Of a stretch of DNA of 64,000 nt, positions 1 to 14,603 are shown one piece after another. The DNA comes from Octopus vulgaris (Eukaryota), in the NCBI GenBank assembly GCA_951406725.2, contig OX597816.1:97340001-97404000 (forward strand). The letters are read 5' to 3'. The notes below the pieces were generated by a model. The model worked only from the letters and a program-made list of their open reading frames with translations, was not told the origin of the DNA and made no database searches. Both the position numbers and the translations under genes were made by a program. Each line of letters starts with the position of its first letter. The first letter of the stretch is position 1.

Positions 1-50
1 ATTTTTATTATTATTATTGTTGTTGCTGTTATTAACAGCGGTGGAGGTGA

Positions 51-51
<1 letters not shown>

Positions 52-104
<53 letters not shown>
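52..104. repeat. (GTA)n microsatellite
   Basis: Direct tandem gta repeats. Confidence 0.95.
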
Positions 105-2354
105 AGTTGAATTTACTGTTGTTTGCATTGCTTTTGCTGTTGTTGTCACTACTCGTGTCGCTTTTTTTCTTTGCTGTGGCAAGATGCTTTTTAACGAGCT
201 CCGAAGAATTTATATTACAACCTTGCGTTCCTTGAATGGAAATTATTTTGTTTCCTGATGATTTCACAAACGAATCCTAATGGCAAAGCCCGGAGAGGCG
301 TTTTCTATTGCAGGGAATTCTTGAGGGCATGTTTTTAGTCATTCACTTTGTGTATTTTGTTCGTAAACCGTTAACAACGATGGCATCTACAACAGTAACG
401 AACAGGAGCCCCTGAAAATGAACAGCGTATCTTTTGTAGTGATTGAGAAACAAACATAAAAAAATAATATTAATAAATACATAAACGCACTGTTTTTTTT
501 TATATTATTGCCTTGGCAATTGCGAACACTGCCGTACAAAATGTGGGCAACCTAGTTATTTTAATGATATTGTTAAAAGTACAACAGCATTTGCACAGAG
601 GCACACGTAGCATATGAAAATCTAAACAAAATAAAGACAATCTAAAGGTACGTACGATAGTGTTGCTAGTGTTGGAAGCGTAAGAGGAAATCTACAAATG
701 ATTAAAGTCGTACAAAAATCGCCTTGCAGACATATAGACATATATGAAGTGAGACTGTGCTTACTTACCTAAGTATATCTAAGGAATGGTAAAGAAAATA
801 AAATGGTTTCTGTGTATAGGGAAATATACCATCACCTTTCGAACAAGTGGCCGATCAATTTAGATCAATCTAAAAATTTGTTGATAGGGTTGACATGGAT
901 ATTTGACTGCTGTCTTCACGACAGCTGATCTTGGTTAAAATTTATCTAACTTGATCGGCTGGTATTTTAAAAACAGGGATCGGATTGCTGCTATATACAA
1001 GGAAATCTACTGGTTGATCACATGACACTAAGCAGCCTATCAGAATCGTATACGTGCACGACATCAATGTCATAGAGTCGGGTACCAAACACATCGGCAC
1101 TGCTCTGAAAATTTGCAGGAGCCAAAATGACTCAGAAAAATTTCGTTGGCCCTGCAGTTTGGCAGTTTGACAGTCTGTTGAGGTGCTGGATCTAATTTCC
1201 TCAGGATCTGGAAGTGGACATGAGTATTCAATCTCTCTGAGAAATGTGACGAGAAGAAGCTAATTACGAAGAGTTGGATGGAGATGTCTAACGCCTATAT
1301 TTTATTCATCTTTTGACATCGGTCTGACGATGATGCCCTGCGCCACTCCGTTGCTGACGAGCTTGGAAAACTGGCTTTTTTGCTTCCTGTGGGGGAGATG
1401 GATTCCACTGGTCAGATAGTCTGTTTACTCTCAACATTTGCTGCGAAGAGAACTGAGATTGACAAATTAATGATGCGCACACATGCGCTGAGGCAACATC
1501 TCCAGTATTTCCTTGGTGGTGAGCAGATGTGACTGTCATTTGTCAGGCGCTCAGTCGGGCAGTGGAGTTGGTAAAGCTTCCACTAATGCCTGCTATAGAG
1601 GAGTAGTAGCAGGCAAAAGCGATGACATCTCCGGAGTAACTGTGCGAACCGAGAAGTATGAATTAGCTAATCGTTTTCTGGAGGAATTCCGGTCCTGAAC
1701 CCATGAATAATTTCCAGCAGTCACTAACAGGAAATATTGCTAGTACACTACCCGTGCATTGCTGACTTTGAAGTTATGTCGAAGTGCTAAAATAGTATGA
1801 AGGAGTGATCCAACTTTTGGCCGGCTTCATCGTGAACAGCATCTCGCTACTCCTCCTTCTCTGGGAAGGGCAGTCATTAATACTTTGCCTAGTATGAGTG
1901 GCAAAAGATGTCTAGTGATGGATGAGATTGACACACTTCCCTTCTGTGTTAAGTTCAACTTGAAAAGGAAGGTGATACTGGAGAGTGAATACTACTTTCC
2001 AAGTAAATTTTATTGAAGGTGGGTGGATGAGACAGGATAACCCGAGAGAGAGGGTTGAATCTTAGCTTGCGGCTGCAGGAAGAGAAAAACGGATGGGTTG
2101 GGGTTGTCCCCTTGTGGGACTTATGATTATCAGAGTGAACTAAGATTGAAAGAGTTCTTTGGGTACCCATGTGCGGTACACATCCTTGTTGAGTATTTTC
2201 TTGATAATAATTTCATCGTTAATTTTAGTTGTTTTATCGTTTACACGTGTATATATAAATCCTCTTTTTCCTTTGTAATGTGTCAAAAGTTTTTTGCGGT
2301 CCTTGTTGTTCTCAACAAAAATCAGTGATGAAGAAGCCAACACAACGACCTAGC

Positions 2355-2570
2355 CAACAATAACAGCAGCAGCAACAACAACAACACTAACAACAACGGC
2401 TTTTATCAATAATAGCAGCTGCGGTAAATTGAAAAAGAACAACAGATGCAACAGCAATAACAACACTAGCAACAACAGTGACAGCAGCACAAATAAAGGC
2501 AGTTGCTGCAAAAAGAACAACAACAGTAACAACACTTGTATCAACAGCAAGGATGTCAGCAGCAACAAAT
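2355..2570. repeat. Degenerate (CAA/CAG)n low-complexity tract
   Basis: aacaacagcagc-type triplets; source of spurious poly-N/poly-L ORFs. Confidence 0.85.
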
Positions 2571-3049
2571 CCCACAAAAGCGGAACCAAATACCGCTGCT
2601 CAGAAAAACTGTAACCTAACTCTCTATCTGCCTGTCTGTCTGTCTGTTCTCTTCGCACCTCTTTCGAACACAAATACACACATGGACACCTCCCGCCAAC
2701 TTCACCTGCATCCCATCTCTACGACCCGGAAATTTCATCTTGCGAGGAAGGACAACCACGAAAATATTAAACAGAAAATGACAATAGAAATTTTTATAAA
2801 GCGACATCCACTCTAAACGATCACATCAAACAAAGACAAATCCACAACTCCGCCACCAACATACCCCTTTAACAAAAAGAAAAACACACAACAACCCCTA
2901 CCCTCACAAACTTTATGCTGATAAGTAGCGCGATTATGCATCTAATGTTCTATGCTGTACAAAAGGAAAACATTAAAATTTAAATAGTAGGAAACGTCTT
3001 GAGGACCACCATTTTGATAGTGCTGCAAAAGTTGAAAATGATAAAGGTG

Positions 3050-4773
3050 AAATTGAAGAGGTACAAAATAATAGGCAAAAATTTTTCCCCGGTGACATGG
3101 GGGAGCCCCAGTGCAATGGCCAGCTTTAGGCTCCGAAATGTCTATTCAAGCGAGAACCAAAATTTTATTGAGTTCGAGTCATTCGTTCTCCGGATACATC
3201 AAATGCGTGTTTAATCTGCATCCTTTACTCCTCTTTTCTATCACTATGGGAGTTTTCTAGTGGAATGTATAAATGCACGTCTCCTGAATTACCATAAAAG
3301 CAAGCTGCTAGCTCATTGACCTCAGGTTGTTAGGTTTGAATGTCATAAGTATCCACAAGACAAGAATTTCTCAAACACATTTATTCGTACCAAATTTTGC
3401 CGATTATGAAATCTACGCATTTCTTGGTTGGAAAGTGGGCCATGCTATTTGGGAAATGCGTGCTTTCGTAATATAGTCTATCTTTCTGAACTTGGACGGT
3501 AAATTGGTCGTGCTGGACGTGAAACAGTAGGTAAGGTGGTGTCTTTAGAGCAGGCTAGGGAAGCCAGATTTCTTCAGGTCCTGAAGGTTTTCTTGAAAAT
3601 ATACCGCTCTTTAGTGACAATGATTGGAATAACATCTTGGAGGTGTACCTAAACCGTGTGGGCTTAGCTGAGAGGGAATGGAATTGTAAGGGCCTCGTAG
3701 CCCTGCTCAGTTGCTTCCAACCAGTTGGCTGTAATGGGGAGAATTTACCAAAGCTGGATGGTTTACCCTAAGCGCTTTATTTTCATATGGTAGAATAATT
3801 CGCGGGTGATTTTAGCAGATGTCTACTGCAACAGTCACTAGTAGGAGAGAACTGCAATTCTTGCTAAAAGAGATGTGGTGGTGCTATTGAGAAAGGATCC
3901 GAGCATTATTTTAACAAGTTGATGCCCGTAGCTCTAATAAATGCAGAGATGTACTGGTGAAGGTGATAGGTAAAAGGTGGGCATTTGTCACCTATACTCT
4001 TGTAGATAAGCACAGACCTGCCTCTTTCTAAACTGATACGGCTACAATATCCACTTAAAATAAAACATCACAGAAGGGTATGTAAAAAAACTAGTATCGG
4101 CTGGAGCCTTGATCTGGTATTTCCGGATCGGGATAGATTCTTGTTTATGCCGTCAGCCATGTCTGCCCCAGTATTTGAATATTGTTGACTTATGGAAGGA
4201 GATATGTCTAAAAGCTACTATCACGGGTACGATGAATCCATCTATTGACCGACTCGACAATGAAAATTGTTACACCGCCTTTATTTGGTCCCTCTGTGTG
4301 CTGGCTATAGTGAAAGAGGTTGTAAGGTGGATACGAGAGAAAGGACTGGAGACATGCAGTTTCATTTTTAGCCAAGCCCTCATCGACTTTTCAAGCAGTT
4401 TGGAAAGAAAATAAGGGTGGAGAGGGATGTACTATGTTACTGATCCCGATTAAATATGCAAAATGGTGGGTGAATTGCAATAATGGCCCCAGTGACTGGA
4501 TCTAATCTTATTTTGCTCCTTGTAGTTTGAAAATTATGAACGAGAAGGGATCACTTACAAATGTGGACCTGAGTAAGTAGAGACTCAAAATATTTGGAGT
4601 TTTTTAGTCGCTCCCGCATTGTGTTTGCCAACCTTACTACTGAGAAATCTCATTGTCATTATTCTCTTGTTAATTGTTGCTTGTTTGTTAACACGGTTTT
4701 ATGTAAATCCCCATTGTCTTTTGGCTCTGTAGTGTATAAAATGATTTTGTATCCCTTGTGGCCAATAAAAAAG
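3050..4773 (+). mobile_element. Heavily decayed Tx1/L1-clade LINE (endonuclease, RT and 3' end remnants)
   Basis: APE-like SFRLRNVYS near 3120; RT-like VVVLLRKDP...PVALINAE...VKVIGKRW near 3870-3990; C-terminal CVLAIVKEVVRWIREKGLET; ends cccttgtggccaataaaaagg. Confidence 0.7.
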
Positions 4774-5732
4774 GTATTATTATATTATTATAATTCTTGT
4801 TGTTGCTACAGCTGCTGTTGCAGCTCCTACTGTTGTCGTTGTCATTGATACTGACGTCTGTTGTGCTGATTTTCAGTGAGTGCAAGCACGTCTTGCATAT
4901 CTGTCGTTTTGATATTGTCACGTTTATGAAACACTGTATAATGTTCTTTTTTATGTCATGTCATGTCATGGAAGCCTGTTTCCAAGGCATGCAAGTTCAT
5001 TTAATTAATTCTCGACCCATTAAAAAACAAAAATTGATCATTGTAAGGCTTTTTTTATACGGCCTGATATCGATGGATATTATCCTCTTTTTACGAAATT
5101 GCATGGTGTTTTAGTTGTAATACTGTTATAAGATGCATGTGAAATTTAGGAAACTGATGTATCTTTTTAAAAAAGGAATTCTATTGAAAAGCTTCAATTT
5201 TCTTTGATTCATTCAATTCTTACTTGCAATATATCAAATATGAAAACAACTATTCCTGCGTGAATGGAAAAGAGAAATATAAGCATTAGGAATCTCGTTG
5301 TTCACGGAGTTGTTCAAGGATTTAGCATGAGAAAATGTAGAGAATTGAGTGGTTTTCTGTAGTTACTGAGGCAAAATATATAGCAATAACCTTCACACTG
5401 AGATCTAAGTGCTATTCCTTGGCAGGAGAGTAATGCATAAATTGAAAGGGGATAGTTTCTTTCAAAATAAGTTGAAATTTCTTCCTTGAAAAGGCAGTCT
5501 TAAACGGTGTGGAAAAATTGTTTGAGTTAGGACTCATCTCCTTCCCGAAGGATTTATTCAGAAACAGGGAAAGAGAAGACTCACCTATTTTTTGTTTTTA
5601 ATAAGGAAGCAATTCTTTCGGGGTTTTTGTGGGAGACAAGGAAATATCTAGTAGATTTTTGGCTTAGCACTTTGCTTGCATAGAAAGATAAAGCTCACAG
5701 TACCGTCTGTCTGAACTTTAAGACAGAAACAA

Positions 5733-6005
5733 CATCACCACCATCATCACCACAACCACCACTGTCAACCACTACCACTACAACCACCACCACTATCCCT
5801 ACCATCACCGCCGTCGCCGCCACCACCACCAGCATCCCACCGCCGCCGCCGATACCGCCGCTGCCGATACCGCCACCGCCACCTACACCACCACCACCAC
5901 CACCGCCGCCGCCGCTACCAGCAGCAGCAGCAGCACCACCACCACCACAACAACAACAGCAATAACAATAACAACAACAACAATAACTACAACAACCACC
6001 ACCTA
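5733..6005. repeat. Compound (CAC/CGC/CAG/CAA)n trinucleotide tract
   Basis: Direct inspection. Confidence 0.9.
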
Positions 6006-6739
6006 GAACAGCAATTACAATATCACCAATACCTCAACATTTTGTTACGAGGAGAAGGGAGACAAGCAATAGTTTCAAATTGCCGAGTAGAGCGTTCGAG
6101 ACACAGATCCCCTCTTGCCCTTACCTTCCGAAAGAAAGTGATAGGACTATGAAAACCGTGTTGTTTTCTGATCTCATCTAGGTGAACAATTATTTTGTGT
6201 TTTCCTGTTAACTTATATTCTGAACCCATAGATTTACCTTATTACCAGTGTTTATCATGATCGACATTCAGATTCTCACGCACATACTCACACGCATATA
6301 CACATATTTATTTATAACACACATTCATATACAAACACCTACGCATATCCATATATATTGTTCCGCAGTCGTACTGTATACTACATGCTTTTAATTTACA
6401 CAGCTCGGTTTGCTTAGTATATATGCAATATAGTGCTTTAATTTCGTTACATTTAATGTATTAAAATTGTTCCACGTAATATGTGCCCAGTGACTGGCAA
6501 TGATATTATCTGTATGTAATACATGTTTGTACGTCCCGGTGGAATATTCGCTAATGCATTTCTTTGCATAAAGTTCGATCATTTCCAAAGCAACTCTACT
6601 ATAGGATTTGGTTCTGTTTTCATGCTCTACTTGCGGGTTATCTCTATTTACTGACCTTTGTATCTGAAAAACTTATCCACTCTTGTTGTTCTTATTATTG
6701 TTATAAAGCCTTTTGCTCTCTAGCACTACCTTTATACTA

Positions 6740-6786
6740 TATACATTCATACATACATACATATATATATACATATGTATACATAC

Positions 6787-6831
<45 letters not shown>

Positions 6832-7157
6832 GTATATATATATGTATATATATATGTATATATGTATACATATATATATATATATGTATATATATATGTG
6901 TATATATATATGTATATATATGTATATATATATGTATATATATATGTATATATATATGTATATATGTATTTATATATATGTATATATATGTATATATATG
7001 TATATATATGTATATATATGTATATATATGTATATATATGTGTATATATATATATGTATATATATATATATGTATATATGTATATATATATATGTATATA
7101 TGTATATATATATGTATATATATATATATGTATATATATCTATATATGTATACATAC

Positions 7158-7196
<39 letters not shown>
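6740..7196. repeat. (TA)n/(TATG)n microsatellite array
   Basis: Direct inspection; gives YIYI ORFs in all frames. Confidence 0.95.
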
Positions 7197-7197
<1 letters not shown>

Positions 7198-7199
<2 letters not shown>

Positions 7200-7400
7200 G
7201 GGAGGATTCTCAAAAAGGAAAAAGAGGAAGACAGTTGGTGTAGACAACAAACAGATGTATTAGTGTAACGCTCGGGAAGTGAAAAAATCTTTAACGTTTC
7301 AAGCCTACACTCTTACACAGAAAGAAACAGGGAGAGAAAATAAAGAATGTGTAGTGGCTAGCGATCTATCATGGTGAATGCCGGACAGTGGGGTAAACAG
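7198..7400 (-). mobile_element. Short Penelope pLTR-like module with degenerate hammerhead-like motif (same family as 30100-30256)
   Basis: Reverse complement matches 30130-30256; motif cttt CTGTGTA a gagt gtag gctt GAAA cg tt aaag at 7289-7324; abuts (TA)n. Confidence 0.6.
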
Positions 7401-7526
7401 AAAGTACAAAAAAAAATTTAGAAAGTATAAAAAGGAATCCACTGAAGCAACCTTTGGATTTACCATTCGAAAGTAGAGTCTAAGTGTTTATCTGAAACGA
7501 TGCTTTAAATGTTTCCTATCTTTCGA

Positions 7527-7569
<43 letters not shown>

Positions 7570-7572
7570 ATG

Positions 7573-7603
<31 letters not shown>

Positions 7604-7615
7604 GTATGTATGTAT

Positions 7616-7832
7616 GTACTCTTTACTCTCTTTTACTCTTTTACTTGTTTCAGTCATTTGACTGCGGCCATGCTGGAGCACCGCCTTTAATCGAGCAACT
7701 TATTCTTTGTAAGCCTAGTACTTATTCTATCGATCTCTTTTGCCGAACCGCTAAGTGACGGGGACATAAACACACCAGCATCGGTTGTCAACCAATGCTA
7801 GGAGGACAAACACAGACACACAAACATACACG

Positions 7833-7878
<46 letters not shown>

Positions 7879-8044
7879 TACGACGGGCTTCTTTCAGTTT
7901 CCGTCTACCAAATCCACTCACAAGGCTTTGGTGAGCCCGAGGCTATAGTAGAGACACTTGCGAAAGGTGCCATGCTGTGGGACTGAACCCGGAACCACGT
8001 GGTTAGTAAGCAAGCTACTTACCACACAGCCACTCCTGCGCCTA
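7616..8044 (-). mobile_element. tRNA-derived SINE, CORE-like family (family A)
   Basis: tRNA-like head ggagtggctgtgtggtaag...ggttccgggttcagtccc, CORE-like gcaagtgtc segment, internal TA/CA repeat, (gtaaaaga)n tail; several homologous copies in the window. Confidence 0.85.
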
Positions 8045-8066
8045 CATACATTATCTTTTTTCCGAA

Positions 8067-8355
8067 GGCGCATGGCTTAATGGTTAGGGTGTTGCATTCC
8101 CGATTGCAGATCGTGGGTTCGATTCCCATACTGGACGTTGCGTTGTGTTCTTGAGCAAAGCACGTCATTTCGCCTTGCTCTGCGATATTTCATCATCTAG
8201 GATATGGCCCACGATGCACCTGTACAGATAATGTCGATTTGATGGAGGGTGTGAGCTTATATGTACAGAAAATGGAAACACAAATCTTTTGCGTGGTTGT
8301 TCGGCAAGAAATTGCCAAAACCCCATACGTCGTCTAACGCCGGGTGTGTCCATGA
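8067..8355 (+). mobile_element. tRNA-derived SINE (family B)
   Basis: A-box tggcttaatgg and B-box ggttcgattcc, followed by a ttgtgttcttgagcaaagcac body. Confidence 0.7.
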
Positions 8356-8362
8356 TTTATTA

Positions 8363-8785
8363 TCTTTTACTTTTTTCAGTCCAGATTGCGTCCATGTTGG
8401 GGCATCACCTTGAAGATTTTTAGTCAAATGAATTGACACCAGTATTTATTTTTCTTTTATTAAGTCTTGTACTTAATCTATCGTCCTCCTTTGCCGAACC
8501 AATAATTTACGGGGGCTTAGAAGCAGCAACACCGGTTGTCAAGTGATAATGAGGGACAAACACAGACACACTCAGACACAGCCAGACAAATACACAAATA
8601 CACAAACACACACACACACAAACGACGAGCTTCTTTCAGTTTCCGTCTAATAAATCCACTCATAAAGCCTTGGTCGTCCCGAGGCTATAGAAGACACTTA
8701 CCCAAGGTGTAACGCAGCGAGACTGAACATGAAACCATGTCGTTTTGGAAGCATCTTCTTATCACAGGGCTGCACCTCTGCCTGT
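8363..8785 (-). mobile_element. SINE family A copy, diverged
   Basis: Homology to 7616-8044 (ttgccgaacc, cttctttcagtttccgtcta, gaggctatag, cccaaggtg). Confidence 0.8.
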
Positions 8786-8791
8786 GTGCAT

Positions 8792-9052
8792 GTATATATG
8801 TACATGCATGTATACACACACACACACACACAAATATACACACACATGCACATACGCTCATACACACACATACACACACACACGCACACACACAGACACA
8901 GACACACACACACACACACACATATATATATTTATCTGATGAAGTATATATGTACATGCATGTATACACACACACACAAAGATACACACACATGCACATA
9001 CGCTTATACACACACATACGCACACACACACATACACACACACAGACACACA

Positions 9053-9102
<50 letters not shown>

Positions 9103-9126
9103 CATATATATATTTATCTGATGAAG
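8792..9126. repeat. Direct tandem duplication of a 155-180 bp CA-rich unit
   Basis: Two units, each starting tatatgtacatgcatgtatacac and ending tttatctgatgaagt. Confidence 0.85.
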
Positions 9127-10549
9127 TGCTACATCATGCTAGCCATTTATCGCTTCTTCTGAAGAGGATATAGAGACTTTGCTACACGGAAGAGTCAAAA
9201 TCCGTACATATTGATACTTTTTCTTCGCTTTTGTGTATACCTACAATAATGACTCAATATTGGAGTTCTCTGCCTCATAAGTATAGTTATTTCAACCAGT
9301 CATCGATTATCTGAAGCAGTTGAGTGGATGAGGCCTGATTACATCACATGATTTGTAGAGACTACGTTTCATATCAATTCAATCTTTACGACAGTTATTG
9401 TTTATCAGTCTTTCTTTTTCCTACCACTCTTCAAACCGTCTTTCTTTACCCTCTTCTCGAGACTGCTTAACCTTGATAAAAAAAAAGTTGGAGTTTAATA
9501 TTTGAATTCATCTGAATACTACATAGTGACTTTCCACTCTACACACACACACACATACACACACACACACACATTCACACACGCACACTACTCACACAAG
9601 CATATACAGGCAAACAGACACACACACACACATATCCGCATTCACATACACACACATTCACATACACATACATTCACACACGCACACATGTACACACATC
9701 CAGACACACGCTCGCACGTACACACACACACATGTACTTATCTGTGAATGAGATGGACTGCTGCATAGTTACTCTCTACAAAATTCCACACACAAATCTA
9801 GCGACTCCGACTTAAGACACGTATCCAATGCAGTAGAATCGACCCTGAAACCTGGGGGGTTACTAAGCGATTTTCTTAACTACGTGGTTATAGCTGCGCT
9901 AAGCATAAATTACATTATTATGGCATTAAAAAACAGAAAAATGGAAAGACAAGTATTTAATAATCGAAATGCTGAAGAATTTAAATGTTTTTATTCAGAT
10001 TCAAATGAGTAGTGTTTGTCATCATTTATCGAGTTATTAAATCATTTAAGCTAATTTATGGAAATAGATATCAATTTCGAAACGTAAAATTTTGTCTAGT
10101 TGAGTTACTGTTACAAATATTTTAAAATTTAAAAGGTACTACCAGTCACCCATGTGAAAATACGAACTCCTGACAAGAGGTACCCGCTCGATACCCTATT
10201 TCATCACTTATCTTCAAGTGTCAGGGACATTTATGGAAAGTGGTCTTACCTCATGATGATAACATGAATTATAGAATATCAAACTGCTTTGAGATGTGCT
10301 GTGTTTATCGAGGAAAACTTTTAATAGACATGAACTCTTCCTTATACATAGCTATATCCTCTTCACTCATAAAAGTTTAATTAATGCTTTGAAGTTTTCA
10401 ACCACTTAAAATTATTTTATGATATGTAAACAAAATGCTTTTTGAGTGCTTTCTTTGAAAACACGAAGTTCATATATCAAATATTTTCCATTGAAATTAT
10501 TAATGCGTCTAAATGAAAAGCTTAATGACTTTCATGTTTCAAACACTTG

Positions 10550-10587
<38 letters not shown>

Positions 10588-10705
10588 TATATATTTCATT
10601 TAGGGTTTTCAATGTGGTTTGTAATAAACAACATATTCCTATTACAAATACACACATACATGCACACACAAACACACACACACACACACACGCACACATA
10701 CAAAC

Positions 10706-10736
<31 letters not shown>

Positions 10737-11814
10737 GATACATATGTACATATGTACTGAAAATTGCACAAACGCAGAAGCTTACCAACACACATACGAT
10801 TGAGATGTGACACAATATTTCGACAAATATCTTAATAATGGATGTTAGATAATTTTAGGATATTGTAAATAAATTGCTTTGATATTTATCTAAAGTATGT
10901 ACAATAATGTATCTTTATAGTGGTTCCAGTTTCATTTCAAGTTATATTTAACCATCATACAAGAGGATTTGAAGTTGAAGGAAAATATATCAATTTCATA
11001 TGATATTTCTTCAGCTGCGGGCAGTTATTCTAATATTAGTATCTTATTTTCTAATGGAACTCTGTTTGCATATGTTATTAACTTTAATTGAATATTTTTG
11101 CGTTCTCTCTAAACACAGATAGACAATGACAGAATCACACGAGAAAGGAAAATTAGAAGAAACACATCAGTAAACATGGAAATTCTCTGTGTGATGGTTC
11201 GATGTGCATGACATAGCAGTCACATTCTGTGTGGATTATGGACATTGGTAACAGCTGGAATTACTTTGATTGCTCGACCTGGGCTACTTTGGAGTAAACA
11301 CCAACGACATCATTATCATCGTCATCAACAACAAGAGCAGAAACAACAAACCAGCCGAGCGGCCAACCAGCCCTCCGATCAACCAAGCAGCAGTAATCAC
11401 TAGAAGTCATAGTCATTAAATATACCAGAAATAGCAGACAACCTCCCTAAAATCGACACTACCATGCTAAAAGCAAAACAAAGCACAAAGCGAAAAAAAA
11501 ACAAAAAAAAAGCAAAACAAAACAAAATACTGCATTAGGAAATGCGGTTCTCGAATAACTATATCTGAAAAATATAAAGACAGATTGATAAAACCTGGAG
11601 TATTTTGATTGGACATCTCTTAATCAAGTATGACCAAGAGCAGAATAAATAATAATCAATATGAAATGTGAACTAATGCAAGGGGCTTTTATTTGATCAC
11701 TCGAAAAAGTAGTAAAAACTCCTTCAGTCGTTCTCTACTGCCTTAAAAATGGAAGTGTGTATTGGACACAGCTGCCATAGAAATATTTTTCTCTTAGAAA
11801 TGTAGTCTGAGTGT

Positions 11815-11960
11815 TCAGCAGTTCAAATTCCACCGAGGTCGGCTTTATCTTTTATTCTTCCAGAGAAGACGAAATAAGTATCTGTTGAACTCTGGAGTCC
11901 ATTACATCGACTTATCCGTCTCCCGAAAATACTGGCCCTGTTCCAAAATTTGAAATCAAC
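11815..11960 (+). mobile_element. SINE family C fragment
   Basis: gttcaaattccaccgaggtcggcttt...ccaaaatttgaaatc matches 21777-22010 and the 13.3-14 kb copies. Confidence 0.7.
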
Positions 11961-12049
11961 GTAACACATGGGCTGCCCAGTTGAATTTTGTGATAAAATT
12001 TTCAAAGATGTATAAAATACTCCACGTAGTCTACTAACTATCGGCAATG

Positions 12050-13000
12050 ACAGATGCTGGCTTTATGCTTAATAGCTGTGCCTTTGAAATATCAAGATCT
12101 GACTACTTTGCGTTACTATTCAGTCTGTCTATTTACTCCTCTAACTGATCTAGCTTTGAAAAAAAGAATAACTCAAGGAATGCTCAATGTCAAAATAAGG
12201 TAAAATCGCTGACAGGATGCTTATTTGATGCAGTCTTAGATATGATCCAGTTAATGATAGCTAGAAAGATACCTGTAGTGAAAAAGATACTTGTAGTTCA
12301 TCGGATTTCCCTGCAAATCGTTCAAAGAATATCTTGTCAAAGATAATACAGCGTAGCATTTGAAATTATTATATAACACGCTTATCAGTATGATGATCTC
12401 AGGTGTCCCATTTGATTTCAAGATCTTCCGGAGAATTTCACTGATGACGCTTTCCAACTGTTTAATATGTATGACATTCGTTAACTCTAGATACTGGGGC
12501 AATTCTATTGTTTTTCAGCATAAAGATCTGATCCATCAATTCTTTACCTTTTCTGTATGCTGCTTTTATTTTGCTCCAGATGTTTCCTTCACCGAGTAGG
12601 TGCATAGAACTGTGCCGAAAATCTTGCTGGAAATATAAAGAAGTGCAATCCTGCACAAGATATGGCATTTCTGTGAGCTGCCTTTCTTTGTATTATTGAC
12701 AATTTGTCACTTAAGCAAGTTATTTGAAATAAGATCATTTATCAAGTTAACCGTAAAAAGATCAATCAACGGTTATTCTGTTGTTATCTCCCTTCAAATA
12801 TATAATCAACGGCAAGCACTTTTCTGTTTTTTATAGCTTCGATGGCTTTCTGTATTTTTTTTTGTTTTTTTTTTTTTTCCAAATAATGTCGCGTCAAGAT
12901 AATCTTCAGCTGGTCGAGTTTTGGCAAGTTCACCTTGTTGAAAGAGGTTTAGATCTTGTGTTTGATACATGAACCTGATTATTGCTTGAGGTATACATGC
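12050..13000 (-). pseudogene. Decayed RTE-type LINE reverse transcriptase fragment
   Basis: AAYRKGKELMDQIFML resembles QAGFRKGRSCxDQIFxL; ESVISEILRKILKSNGTPEIIILISVLYNNFKC resembles DSVxRExLWKILxxYGIPxKII; frameshifted. Confidence 0.65.
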
Positions 13001-13299
13001 GAAAAATCTTACGGAATGCTTCAAGCGATAAAGTATATTATATTAATAGTATGGCTGAGCTTTGTAGAAAGAAAAATGTGCAAATAAGCATAGATGTAGT
13101 ACATGATTCGACCTAGTCCTCAGCAAGGAAATGTTTGTGGCTGTAACTAAGTATTTTCTCGTTGATGAACAAGTGTTTTACATCTCAGCGTAAATACTGC
13201 AGAATTATAAACAAGAATACGGTGAAGGTATATCATTTGATAACGCTTTACTTTTGTAAATATATAGCGCGTTCTAATATAAAAAAAGATAAACTTTTC

Positions 13300-13990
13300 T
13301 ACTAAGGGTACTAGGTGGAGAGAGCTAGTCAACTGCGTTGACTCCAGTGTTCAACTGTTACTTATTTTGTCGACCTCGAAAGGTAGAAAGCCAAAGTCGA
13401 CCTCAGCGAATTTTGGACTGAGACGGAAAGATCGACGATATATCGCTAAGCTTTGTTGTCCAGTGCGTTAAATATAAAGAAGATAATAACGACAGTAATA
13501 TTGGCTTCACATTTTGGTACAAGGCCAGTAATTTCGAGGAATGGGATTAATCAATTATATTAATTCAAAATACTCAACTGGTACTTATTTTATCGACCCC
13601 GAAAGTATGAATGGCAAACTCGAGCCTTGGTGCATTTGTAACTCACAATGTAAAGATGGACGAAATGCCGTCGATGATTTTGCCTGGCGTGCTAACGATT
13701 CTGCCAGCTCACCATCTTAACAAGAGTAACATTGGTTTCAAATTTTGAAGGCAAGAAATGTCGGGAGCATATTTTATCGATCTCGATAATGACAACAGTA
13801 ATATCGGTTTCAAATTTTGGCACAAGGCTAAAAATTGCATGGGAGGAGTAAGTCGATTACCTCGGTCCCATTACTCAACTGGTACTTAATGTTTCGGCCG
13901 CGAAAGGCTGAAAGCAAAGTCGATCTCGGCGGAATTTGAACTCAAAACGTAAAGACGGACGAAATGCCGCCTAGCATTTTGCCTAGCGTA
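13300..13990 (-). mobile_element. Cluster of three tandem SINE family C copies (about 13300-13470, 13500-13720, 13805-13990)
   Basis: Repeated caactggtacttatttt...cgacc...aaagtcgacctcggcggaatttgaactc motif. Confidence 0.8.
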
Positions 13991-14499
13991 ATTGTAATAT
14001 TAACGTGGGAAGATGTCGATACATTAATTAATGGAAACATATATCCACAGTAAATAGTTGTGGGGCGAGAGAAATACGTTATAATTGTTCTATTAAACAT
14101 TCTAAGTATACTAAGGGTTATATAGGATTTATCATCATTTTATTTTAAAATGAAACGAGTTGCATAACGAATACCTTAAAAATAAGCTGGAAGGAAAATG
14201 ACTTCGTATTCAGATAACATGTGAAGGTCGAAAACATTCAATAATCTTTGGGTGTTGAAAAGTCGTGTGCGGTGAAACTACGTGCTCTCGTGATTTGTAT
14301 GCCGTGGGAAAAGGAATTATAGAAATGAATACTGCAGCAACAATTCGGAGAGAGAGGGAGAGAGAGAGAGAGAGACAGAGTAGTCTCCTTCAGTATAAAA
14401 TTCTGGACGCTATTTCACTTATTACTATCTGAGTGCTAGAGAAAATCATATAAGCTAACATTAGATAAATTCACACCGAACCTCCCCGCTCTATCTCTC

Positions 14500-14603
<104 letters not shown>

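Noticed and set aside
1000-2330. GC-richer stretch as a LINE ORF1 or second Tx1 copy
   Set aside because: Too decayed; no motif could be assigned with confidence
6564-7268. Long ORFs (234 aa and overlapping ones) rich in YIYI
   Set aside because: Translation of (TA)n/(TATG)n; open in many frames on both strands. The same applies to the HTHT/CVCV ORFs at 8.7, 10.5, 31.5 and 47 kb.
8067-8140. tRNA gene
   Set aside because: A/B boxes run into a SINE body with no proper acceptor stem or terminator; the same holds for the other SINE heads
9115-9200. CTGATGA and CTGAAGA heptamers as hammerhead cores (also 8936)
   Set aside because: No downstream GAAA with compatible stems I and III
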